Assembly: GCA_036679605.1 (NCBI GenBank)
Contig: JAZDCZ010000347.1
Coordinates: 32,001-96,000 of the forward strand
Length of the DNA stretch: 64,000 nt
Direction of reading: 5' to 3'
From: Gemmatimonadota bacterium
Lineage (GTDB): Bacteria; Gemmatimonadota; Gemmatimonadetes; Gemmatimonadales; GWC2-71-9
The translations under genes and the position numbers were made by a program. This document shows, piece after piece, positions 10,292 to 19,038 of this stretch (position 1 is its first letter; each line of letters opens with the position of its first letter). The notes beneath the pieces were generated by a model that worked only from the letters and a program-made list of their open reading frames with translations, was not told the DNA's origin and did not search any database.

Positions 10292-11098
10292 ATGAATAGG
10301 ATCTCAGCCATGGCCAAATCGACACACTTCGCATGCGCTCTCGGCGGCCTAGTCCTGGCGATCACGGCGGCCTCGGCCGGTACGATTGCCGCTCAAACCG
10401 TGCGTGGAGTGGTTATCGACGAGCTGGGTAATCGATCGGTCGCAGCGGCGGCGGTTCTCCTGCTGGCGGAGGACGGTACGATACGTGGAGGAATCATCAG
10501 TGACTCGATGGGTGCCTACTCCATCACGGCTGCCGCACCCGGCAAGTATTCCATTAGAGTCGACCGAACCGGATACAGCACGCTGACCACACCTCCGTTC
10601 GACATCGCCGTCGGCGACAACATCGATCTGGAGCTTCGGGTCGCGAGACAAACCATCGTGCTTGACCCGGTAACCGTCACCGGTGTGGCAGAACGCACGG
10701 GCCCCGGACCGCTAGCAGGTTTTTATCTCAGAAAAGAGCGCGGAAGGGGTGCGTTTGTCACCCGCGAAGAGATTGAGCTGAAAGGCAACCCTGATTTCAC
10801 GGCTCTGCTTCGGGCCAAGGGTCACCGTGTCCGCGTTGTGCCCATGGTAGTGGGGCTGTACCAAGTATACACAGTACGATTCAGTGGAACCGGCGGCGCC
10901 CAACAAGACTGTCCACCGGTGGTTTACTACGACGGCATCAAGATTGGGCAGATCGACGAATTAAACCCGGATCGGTTCTTCTCAACGTCCGGGATAGAGG
11001 CGATTGAGGCCTATCCGCCAATGTTGGCCCCTCCGGAATTTCAGGATTCGGCATCAGGATGCGGAGTGATCGTCGTTTGGACCCGGCGCGCTCGGTAG
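10292..11098 (+). CDS. Secreted carboxypeptidase-regulatory-like domain plus TonB plug-like domain protein
   Basis: Real start at ATG 10292 (or 10310) inside track ORF 9233..11098. Signal peptide ending AAQTVRG, LDPVTVTG, GFY.RK..G.G.FVTREEIE, CPPVVYYDG and C-terminal GCGVIVVWTR. Confidence 0.8.
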   Translation: MNRISAMAKSTHFACALGGLVLAITAASAGTIAAQTVRGVVIDELGNRSVAAAAVLLLAEDGTIRGGIISDSMGAYSITAAAPGKYSIRVDRTGYSTLTTPPFDIAVGDNIDLELRVARQTIVLDPVTVTGVAERTGPGPLAGFYLRKERGRGAFVTREEIELKGNPDFTALLRAKGHRVRVVPMVVGLYQVYTVRFSGTGGAQQDCPPVVYYDGIKIGQIDELNPDRFFSTSGIEAIEAYPPMLAPPEFQDSASGCGVIVVWTRRAR

Positions 11099-11138
11099 CA
11101 GTCAAGAGACCAGTTGCAGGTGTCTGCGATGGCTCGTC

Positions 11139-12140
11139 TTACCTGTGCGAAATCACGACTGTAGGTTTGGACGGACCAAGCGATTCGAACTCGCTCTTGG
11201 CAAAGCCTGCGTTTCGGAACATGGCATCGAACTCGCCGGCGGTATATGCATCACCGTGTTCTGTCGTTGCCAGCATGATGAGAGTAAAGCAGGCCGGATA
11301 CGGAGGCGAAACACGATCCTCGTTGGGTACCGGCTCCAGCGTAACAGCGTGACCAGTCGGACTGAGAGCACCGTGCACTTTGCGCAGGAATGTCTCGCAG
11401 GTGTCGGTGTCGAAGTGGTGTAAGAAATTTGTGAGCAGAACGAGTTCGTACGGCCCGCCAAGGTCCAACTCAAGCGCACTGCCGGCCATCGTATCGAATC
11501 GGTCCTCCACACCTGCCTTGCGTGCGTTATCTCGAGCAACCGACAGCACGTTGTCCCAATCCACCGCCACTACACGAACATCGTCGTTGCGCTTTGCCAA
11601 CTCGATACCATACAGTCCGTGTCCAGCAGCAATATCCAACACATTGCCCTTTAGAATACCGCGAGCTTCCAACAACGTCGCAATCTGATCTGCGTGCGAG
11701 CGTGCCAGTGGTTCCATCGACTTGGCAAACTCGATCCACACCGGATGCTCCGGCCGCATTGTGCCCGCGTCACCCATAAGAGTCCCACCGTTCCGAACGA
11801 CGGCTGCTATATCGTCAAAGGCGCTAACGAACTGCGGAGCGTTCAGGAACCCGGAAACGGAACCGAGATATGCCGGAGAATTGCAGTCGAGAAAGTTGGC
11901 CGCTAGTGCCGTCAGAGCGTAGCCGCCGGAATTCTTCGTGAGAAAGTCGGACACCACGAGATAATCGCAGAGACTGCGTACGCCCCGTTCGGTAGCATCA
12001 CATTGTGCGGCAATGTCGGCGGCGGTATACGCCCCCTCACCAATGGCCGTGAACAGGTCCAGATCGATTGCCCCTTTAAGGGCCGCCGATTTCTGATAGG
12101 CTATCAGGGTGTCGATGATGACTTCGGGCGAGTCGGTCAT
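11139..12140 (-). CDS. Class I SAM-dependent O-methyltransferase with N-terminal dimerisation domain
   Basis: ALKGAIDLDLFTAI dimerisation region, VLDIAAGHG SAM-binding motif, LLTNFLHHF. Confidence 0.9.
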   Translation of the reverse strand: MTDSPEVIIDTLIAYQKSAALKGAIDLDLFTAIGEGAYTAADIAAQCDATERGVRSLCDYLVVSDFLTKNSGGYALTALAANFLDCNSPAYLGSVSGFLNAPQFVSAFDDIAAVVRNGGTLMGDAGTMRPEHPVWIEFAKSMEPLARSHADQIATLLEARGILKGNVLDIAAGHGLYGIELAKRNDDVRVVAVDWDNVLSVARDNARKAGVEDRFDTMAGSALELDLGGPYELVLLTNFLHHFDTDTCETFLRKVHGALSPTGHAVTLEPVPNEDRVSPPYPACFTLIMLATTEHGDAYTAGEFDAMFRNAGFAKSEFESLGPSKPTVVISHR

Positions 12141-12143
12141 GTA

Positions 12144-12251
12144 GAACTCTGAACATCGAACACCGAACTCTGGACGTCGAACGCGTACAGGTCGAAATCA
12201 ATGCGAGCGAACCGATCACGGTCGATGTTGGACATTGGAAGTTGGACGTTC
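12144..12251. repeat. Two inverted arrays of degenerate 7-bp repeats
   Basis: GAACTCT GAACATC GAACACC GAACTCT GGACGTC GAACGCG at 12144-12185, and GATGTTG GACATTG GAAGTTG GACGTTC at 12224-12251 in roughly reverse-complement orientation. Confidence 0.65.
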
Positions 12252-14907
12252 ATCTCCCCATCCTCTCTTTCAATTCCTCAAACCAATTCAACACCACGGT
12301 AATCTCCCGCGGCGCCGACTTGGGCGGAATCTTGACCATCAAGAAGCGTTGGCCGTCCGGCGTGACATCGAAATCCGGCGAGAAATTCGAATATGCATAC
12401 GGACCCTCGAAGATTACCGTCGGTATCCCGACGTCACCGGTAGCAGGATCGAATGTTGCACTCATCATCTTCTTGCCGTTGCGATAGACTATTTCGCGTC
12501 CTCCGCGCGTCCATCGTGAACCAAACGCACCATCAGTCGAGACCCGCATACGACTGGTCGTCACATCCGGAAACGGTGCAACATAGATCTCGGACCGGCC
12601 AGATTGGTTTGACGTGTAGATGAGCCACCTGCCATCTGGCGACACCGTAGGAGCGCTCTCGCCGAACGGAGTGTTGATGACGGGAGTTCGCTCACCGGAG
12701 CCGTCCAATTGCAGAGACCATAGATTCGCATCAGGACTGCTCTCGTGGAACAGCATGACGCCGCCGTCCGGAGCAATGGAACCCGCCTGCTTGTCGTTCG
12801 GACTCGTCAGCAACAGCTCCTCTGGCGCACTCGCGTCGGCAGCGCGCCAGAAGAGGTCGAACTGCGGTTCCTCCGCCGAGTAGACGACCTTGCTACCATC
12901 CGCCGTCCAGACCGGTCCAAACGCCTCCGACGGTCTGCTGGTGAGTCGGTCGTTGACTCCTCGCGCAAGATCATAGACCCACACATCTCGGCTACCCCGT
13001 TCGATCGTGAGAGCGATGCGTTTGCCGTCAGGGGACAGCACCGGATCAGAGTAGAGACCGGGCGCTTCGAGAACGAGTTCCTCCTTGCCGGTGCGATCCA
13101 CCCACATAAGGAATCTGTCGGGATACCACACTGACGCAGGGATGTACGCGAGTGTGCCGTTCTCGGCGATCGCGACGGCCGCCAAGCCATTCGGACCGCC
13201 CACCGCGATCTGTTGCAGCACTGGTTCTGCCTGTCCGCGCACTTGAAGCCCACTAAGATCGAAGGGCACCGACAGCATCGCGCCGCCCCGTTGGTATAGC
13301 AGGTGTCCTGTGGGCAGGTATCGTCCGTAGGTTGCCCCTTCGACGATCGTCTTGATCTCGCCAGTCTCGAACGAATACACGGCAATCCGCGATCGATCGA
13401 TGGGCGTCGAGAAATTCGTGAAGAGAATGGCCTTGCCCCCGGGAAGGAGCTGTGGGTACCAATGTCCCAGTTCTCCGCTGGTAGTGTCGGGCTCGGTGAG
13501 CTGCAAGCCGGTACCACCTGCGGCCGAGATCTGCCACAATCCATTCTGATAACTAGGCGTATAGATGATTGACCCGTCTTGTGTCCAGGTCCCGCCCGCC
13601 CATCGTGCCGCGGCCAGCACTATGGGAGCGCCGCCATCCACCGAGATCTTCTTGATGCTGTCATTGGCAGTGAATGCAATCCACTCGCCGTCCGGTGAGA
13701 AGAACGGGTTTGCGGCTCCTTCTGTGCCGCCAAGCGGACGGAAGTCAGGTTCATCCAGCCGGCGGAGGAACACCTGATCTTCCTCACCACGAATACCTAC
13801 CACGGCCAACAACATCCCGTCACGCGAGATAGCAACATACGGACGGCCAGTGTTAGACATCTGATCCTGTGCCGCCATCCGAGCTGTGAGTAGCACCGGT
13901 TGACCCGAAGTTGATCCGCCATCAGCAAGCACTCGCGCACCGAACCAAGCGATCGCTAGGAGTACGAGCACTACTGGCCACGGCAGAGACGGCCGCATGA
14001 GCCGCGACCGAGAGGCGACTTCGGCCTCATGACCTGCAGCCTTCTCGGCAGCGGGGGTACTGACCGGTACCAGCCCCGGACGTGCCAACGCCTCGGCAAA
14101 CTCTGCCGCCGAGTGGAACCTGTCAGCCGGCAGTTTGTTGAGGGCCTTGTGTATACTGGCAGCAACATGACTCGGCACGGTATCCCGCGCGGCGGTCACC
14201 GGCGGCGCCTTCTCGGTAATAACCTTTGCGACTATCGCCTGCGCCGTGCTCCCTGTGTACGGTGGGTCGCCCGCCAACATCTCGTACAGCATCGCGCCGA
14301 GGCTGTACACGTCGGAACGCGCATCCAACTCGCGATCGCCCATCGCCTGCTCGGGGCTCATGTAGTGCGGCGTACCGAGGGAGAGTCCCGTCTCAGTCAA
14401 CCTTGTACCACCAGCTTGTGACACCGCCAAGGCAATTCCGAAGTCAGCCACCAGCGCCTGGCCGTCGTGCATCAAGATGTTCTCGGGCTTGATATCCCTA
14501 TGGATCACATCATGCCTGTGGGCATAGTCCAACGCAGAGGCAACCGCCGTGGTGATTTCGATTGCTTCTTCAATGCCTAGTTGTTTCTCGCGGACAATCG
14601 TTTCGCGTAACGATTCCCCTGCTACATACGGCATCACGTAGAAAAGGAAACCATCCGCATCTCCCGAGTCGTGCAGTGGCAGTATGTGGGGGTGCTGCAA
14701 GTTGGCCGTGACTTTGATCTCGTTAAGAAAACGCTCGGCGCCGATTAAGGCCGCGAGTTCCGGCCGCAACACTTTCAGCGCGACATTGCGGTCGTGTTTG
14801 ATGTCATGAGCCAAATAGACTGTCGCCATGCCACCTTCGCCGATGTGCTTTTCGATGCGGTAGCGGTCGGCTAGGGCCGTGGTGAGGCGTTCGATTATCT
14901 CAGTCAT
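12250..14907 (-). CDS. Hanks-type Ser/Thr protein kinase with TM helix and TolB-like beta-propellers
   Basis: GEGGMATVY, HRDIKPEN, DFG and GTPHYMSPE; SPDG repeats; C-terminal VVLNWFEELK. Kinase domain is a paralog of 6455..9088. Confidence 0.95.
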   Translation of the reverse strand: MTEIIERLTTALADRYRIEKHIGEGGMATVYLAHDIKHDRNVALKVLRPELAALIGAERFLNEIKVTANLQHPHILPLHDSGDADGFLFYVMPYVAGESLRETIVREKQLGIEEAIEITTAVASALDYAHRHDVIHRDIKPENILMHDGQALVADFGIALAVSQAGGTRLTETGLSLGTPHYMSPEQAMGDRELDARSDVYSLGAMLYEMLAGDPPYTGSTAQAIVAKVITEKAPPVTAARDTVPSHVAASIHKALNKLPADRFHSAAEFAEALARPGLVPVSTPAAEKAAGHEAEVASRSRLMRPSLPWPVVLVLLAIAWFGARVLADGGSTSGQPVLLTARMAAQDQMSNTGRPYVAISRDGMLLAVVGIRGEEDQVFLRRLDEPDFRPLGGTEGAANPFFSPDGEWIAFTANDSIKKISVDGGAPIVLAAARWAGGTWTQDGSIIYTPSYQNGLWQISAAGGTGLQLTEPDTTSGELGHWYPQLLPGGKAILFTNFSTPIDRSRIAVYSFETGEIKTIVEGATYGRYLPTGHLLYQRGGAMLSVPFDLSGLQVRGQAEPVLQQIAVGGPNGLAAVAIAENGTLAYIPASVWYPDRFLMWVDRTGKEELVLEAPGLYSDPVLSPDGKRIALTIERGSRDVWVYDLARGVNDRLTSRPSEAFGPVWTADGSKVVYSAEEPQFDLFWRAADASAPEELLLTSPNDKQAGSIAPDGGVMLFHESSPDANLWSLQLDGSGERTPVINTPFGESAPTVSPDGRWLIYTSNQSGRSEIYVAPFPDVTTSRMRVSTDGAFGSRWTRGGREIVYRNGKKMMSATFDPATGDVGIPTVIFEGPYAYSNFSPDFDVTPDGQRFLMVKIPPKSAPREITVVLNWFEELKERMGR

Positions 14908-15218
14908 TACTGGATGGACTGCGACGGAACAGAAAAGGAGGAACTGCCACGGATGATCGTTTAGGACACGGATCCGTTGCTCGGGCAGTGCAAGCGGAGC
15001 AAGTCCGTGTCCGAATCAATGATCCGCGGCAGCGTACTGGTGAAGTGGACAGAGAACTCATTGGTCGGGCCTAAGATGACCTCCAGCGCCGCTAAGCGCC
15101 ACCCTGAGCCGAGAGACAGCACCTTGATACGGCCGAAGCCCTTGATCGTTTATTTCACATTTCACCGAACCGCCACTCCCCACTCCCCACTCCCTATTCT
15201 CTACTCTACCTTACACCC

Positions 15219-15914
15219 ATGTCCACGGGCCAGCTAGCCACTTTGCGCCAGACTCTGCCGCAGCTCTGGAAGATCCTGTCACAACTACAACCGACCTTCC
15301 ATCTAGACAGTGCATACGAGGTAAACGCTGAATTCCTGAACAGACACGAAATTCGCGCAGTATTGTGGGATGTCGACGGTACGATCATGTCGTATCACGG
15401 ATCCGATGTGGATACTGCGTTCCCACAACTGCGCCATCTATTCGTACACGGTCCGGCCCGCCATGCAATCCTCTCAAACTGCGACGAGCGTCGCTTCGAT
15501 GAGCTGGCGGCAATCTTTCCCGAAATTCCTATCGTGCGCGGTTATACCACCGCTTCCGGTCCCGTCTTTCGTCAGACATGGCACGGCGAGGATACCCACA
15601 CATCTGAACAGATAGAAGCGCTATTGTCGAACGGCGCTCGGCAGATGCGCAAACCCGCCGGTCAACTCGTGCACTACGGAATGGAGCTGCTAGGGATCGA
15701 TGATCCACAAACAGTGCTGATGGTGGGTGATCAGTACCTCACGGACGTCGCGTCGGCGAACCTCGCTGGCGCGTGTTCCGCCAAGGTCCCCACCTTCCAC
15801 CGCGACACCTTTCCTTTCTCAATCCGAATCAGCCAACGGCTCGAACGGCTTGTGTACGCTCTTGGATCCGCCATTTTCACTGCCTCTGCAACTTCCCCCA
15901 GCTCCCGGGGTTAA
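15219..15914 (+). CDS. HAD superfamily hydrolase (IIIA, YqeG-like)
   Basis: Motif I WDVDGT, ILSN, RKP and motif IV VGDQYLTDV. Confidence 0.8.
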   Translation: MSTGQLATLRQTLPQLWKILSQLQPTFHLDSAYEVNAEFLNRHEIRAVLWDVDGTIMSYHGSDVDTAFPQLRHLFVHGPARHAILSNCDERRFDELAAIFPEIPIVRGYTTASGPVFRQTWHGEDTHTSEQIEALLSNGARQMRKPAGQLVHYGMELLGIDDPQTVLMVGDQYLTDVASANLAGACSAKVPTFHRDTFPFSIRISQRLERLVYALGSAIFTASATSPSSRG

Positions 15915-15945
15915 GATCCTATGGAATGGCAGTGAGGTAAGAGCC

Positions 15946-17649
15946 GTGAACGCGCTCCGTTTGATATTGTCGCCTGCAGCAATCTTGGCTCTAGGTCTGG
16001 CAGCTCAGCCCGCGACCGCTCAGACTATCCGCGGTACTCTCGTCGATAAAGCCACCGGCAGCCCTTTCCGCGGCGGGTTCGTAGTGCTATTGAGCGACAG
16101 CGGAGTAGCACTTGGGCGCACACTGACCGATCTGAGAGGCGAGTTTGCGCTCGTGGCGCCCGCAGCAGGCCGATACCGACTCAAGTCGGCCATCATTGGA
16201 GTAAAGACAGAGCTTTCATCGGCCATCGACGTCGGGTCCGATGAGGTCGTCAACTACCGGTTCGAGATCGCCGCCACGTTGATCTCGCTCAAGACTTTAG
16301 TGGTCGAAGGTGAACGCACCTGCGAGGTCGAGGGACCCTCAGGACTCGCGGCTGCAACCCTGTGGGGTGAAGCCCAGAAGGCCTTGAACGCCGTAGCGTG
16401 GACCGAGCGTCAAGGCATGCTGAGGCACCGTCTTGTCCAGTACGAAAAAGAACTCGATCCACAAAGTCTCGAGATTCGCGAGCAAGAGTTTTCGTCGGAG
16501 GAAGGTGTGTTTCAGGGCAGTCCGTTCATGGCCCCGACTGCGGAGAACCTCGCGAAGAAGGGATTCATCCAAAGAACTCGCAGGAACAGCTATTACTATG
16601 GCCCCGATGCCGCCGTGCTCCTTTCGGACGAGTTCGCGGACCTTCACTGCTTCTCCATCAGCGCGAACAGTCAGGACAAAGAAGGCCTCGTAGGACTCGC
16701 TTTTGAACCCATCCCAGACAGGAAGGTCTCAGATATCCAGGGGGTCATTTGGATGGATGACCGGACGGCTGAGTTACGCTTTCTCGAGTATGGCTACACA
16801 ATGTTGCCATGGGATATCGACGCCTCCCATATCGGAGGGCGAATCGATTTTGAGCACCTTTCTAAGGGCACCTGGATCGTGCGCCGCTGGTGGATTCGGG
16901 CGCCGGTGGTCCTATACCGTCGAGCGAGTATCTATCGTGGCGAGGACCCATTCCTGGAGGCGATCACGGAAACTGGCGGGTGGGTAAGCCTCACCCAAAC
17001 TGCAGACGGAGAAACCGTGAGCATTGGACGTGCTTCACTGACCGGGGTACTGGCCGGCGGCGGGTCAGCACCGGTTGCCGATGCGTCGATCATCCTTGTC
17101 GGGCCGGACTATACAGAAACTCGCACAGACAGCGCGGGACGGTTCTGGTTCCAGTACCTGACACCGGGCACGTATGCGGTCACCTACGCCATAGCCGAAA
17201 CTTCTGAGTTCCTACCGCCACCCGGTGAACTTGCGCTCTCATCCGATCAAGCGGTGACCATACGGCTCACCGTTCCTATACCGTCAGCGCGACGTTCGTT
17301 CCTATGCCCCAATTCGAATTTGGAATCCGCATTCGGCACCGTATCGGGACTCGTACGAGATGCGATAACTCGGCAGCCGCTCGGCGACGCACGGATCGTG
17401 CTCTCCGGCAATCGACTGGTCGCGAAGTCCGACGGCACGATGTACCGCGAAGCAGTTCACGTCGAAGGGATCTCGGACTGGACAGGCTACTACAAGATCT
17501 GTGACGTACCATCCGGCGTCACCCTCGATGTGCAGGCTCACCTCACGGGATGGACTGCGCCGCCTACATCGATTCGCATCATGCCAAGAAGCATATCAAG
17601 GGTCGATGTGTCACTCACTGCGGTTGAGGTCCCGGGGCGCAACAACTGA
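15946..17649 (+). CDS. Secreted protein with multiple carboxypeptidase-regulatory-like domains
   Basis: GTG start at 15946 after GAGGT. Signal peptide ending ATAQTIRGTLVD. Repeated 'TD..G.F' beta-sandwich units and YYGPDAAVLLSDEF..HCF. Confidence 0.75.
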   Translation: MNALRLILSPAAILALGLAAQPATAQTIRGTLVDKATGSPFRGGFVVLLSDSGVALGRTLTDLRGEFALVAPAAGRYRLKSAIIGVKTELSSAIDVGSDEVVNYRFEIAATLISLKTLVVEGERTCEVEGPSGLAAATLWGEAQKALNAVAWTERQGMLRHRLVQYEKELDPQSLEIREQEFSSEEGVFQGSPFMAPTAENLAKKGFIQRTRRNSYYYGPDAAVLLSDEFADLHCFSISANSQDKEGLVGLAFEPIPDRKVSDIQGVIWMDDRTAELRFLEYGYTMLPWDIDASHIGGRIDFEHLSKGTWIVRRWWIRAPVVLYRRASIYRGEDPFLEAITETGGWVSLTQTADGETVSIGRASLTGVLAGGGSAPVADASIILVGPDYTETRTDSAGRFWFQYLTPGTYAVTYAIAETSEFLPPPGELALSSDQAVTIRLTVPIPSARRSFLCPNSNLESAFGTVSGLVRDAITRQPLGDARIVLSGNRLVAKSDGTMYREAVHVEGISDWTGYYKICDVPSGVTLDVQAHLTGWTAPPTSIRIMPRSISRVDVSLTAVEVPGRNN

Positions 17650-17739
17650 GCCCGCGGGGTCTTGAGCATGCGCGTGGTCTCTTCCGACGCCTCGACATAA
17701 CGTCTGGCCCCCTTTCGCACACCCTGCCTGTCCCAAGCC

Positions 17740-19038
17740 CTAGTTCCTAGCCCGATACCGCTCGTAAAGCCTCTTGTGCTTGTTGTCCATGTCCACGGGT
17801 CTTCCGTCAATCAGGACGTGAAGGACCTGTGTACGGATCTCCAGCGGATCTCCGTCGGTCACTATGAGGTTTGCGATCTTTCCTTCCTCTACGGTTCCCA
17901 AATCGGCGCCCAGACCGAGGATCTCGGCGGGATAGCGCGTGATCGACTTGATGGCCTCGTCATGTGGCAATCCGAACTTGACCGCATTGGCCGCCTCATA
18001 TGGAAGTGTGCGAGAAGGCGGGTTCGGGCCCGCCGAAGCCCAGCCGGTCATCGCAAAACGTACGCCGCCTTGGTATAACTCGGCCGCATTGTTGAATGCC
18101 CTATAGTAAGGATCGTCCTCAGTCGCAGGCATGTTCTGAGTCGCTCGCAACAACACAGGGATGTCCTTCTCCGCCAGCAACTCTTTTTCCTTCCAAGCGT
18201 CACGTCCGCTCACGAGGATCATTCTCACACCCTGGTCCTCTACAAACTCTACGGCATTGCGGATGTCGCGGGCGTCGTCCGCCAGAATCAACAGGGGAAG
18301 TTCGCCCGACAAGACGGGGATCATCGCCTCGAGCTTGAGATCCCGCGATCGAGTGTTCCCGTCGGCTACTGCGTGTCTATACTCGCGCGCATCTTCCAGC
18401 CAACCACCAAGCTTGGACACGCCATCTCGGTATTCCTTCTGTACTTCCTTAAAAGATCGATTCTCCACGGAGAAGGTTTGGAAGTTGAAGCGTCGCGTCT
18501 GCATACTGGGCCAGTTGAGCACCATGCCGACCGACGGATCCACGATCATCTCCTCGATAGTCCAACCATCCAGGTTGATCGCCGACGCTCGGCCGGCTAT
18601 ACCACCGGCTCCAGTCGAGGGAGCAGCTACCACATGCGTGATACCATTGGCGCGCGTGACCGGGATGCGCTCACTCGCAGGGTGAACCGCCGTTGCAGCC
18701 GACAGCTGGGGATTGAAATCACCCAGTTCGCGGACGTCGTTTGTAACCGTTACAGCGTTGATCTCCTGCAAACCCAGTTGACTGTACGCGTTGAACATGC
18801 CCGGGTATACATGGAGCCCTGATGCGTCGATCACATCAGCCCCAGAAGGTATTGTTACTGCCGCACCGACAGTCACGATCCTGCCGTTGGAAATGATCAC
18901 GGTTCCATTGGCGATCGGATCTCCGACCAGCGTGTGGATCGTGGCACCGCGAATCGCATAAGTAGTACTCTCATCCTGAGCGACCAGAGCCGGGACGAAC
19001 GAAACAACCCCTATAAGTGTCAAGGCGAAGGCTTTCAT
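17740..19038 (-). CDS. Secreted amidohydrolase family protein (probably non-catalytic partner)
   Basis: YAIRGATIHT, HVYPGMFNAYSQLG (no HxH motif), LGTVEEGKIANLIVTDGDPLE. ATGA overlap with the upstream gene. Confidence 0.85.
   Translation of the reverse strand: MKAFALTLIGVVSFVPALVAQDESTTYAIRGATIHTLVGDPIANGTVIISNGRIVTVGAAVTIPSGADVIDASGLHVYPGMFNAYSQLGLQEINAVTVTNDVRELGDFNPQLSAATAVHPASERIPVTRANGITHVVAAPSTGAGGIAGRASAINLDGWTIEEMIVDPSVGMVLNWPSMQTRRFNFQTFSVENRSFKEVQKEYRDGVSKLGGWLEDAREYRHAVADGNTRSRDLKLEAMIPVLSGELPLLILADDARDIRNAVEFVEDQGVRMILVSGRDAWKEKELLAEKDIPVLLRATQNMPATEDDPYYRAFNNAAELYQGGVRFAMTGWASAGPNPPSRTLPYEAANAVKFGLPHDEAIKSITRYPAEILGLGADLGTVEEGKIANLIVTDGDPLEIRTQVLHVLIDGRPVDMDNKHKRLYERYRARN

Noticed and set aside
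6455..14907. Paired kinase-propeller genes as a novel system
   Set aside because: This architecture is a commonly expanded family in this kind of genome, and nothing here sets the pair apart.
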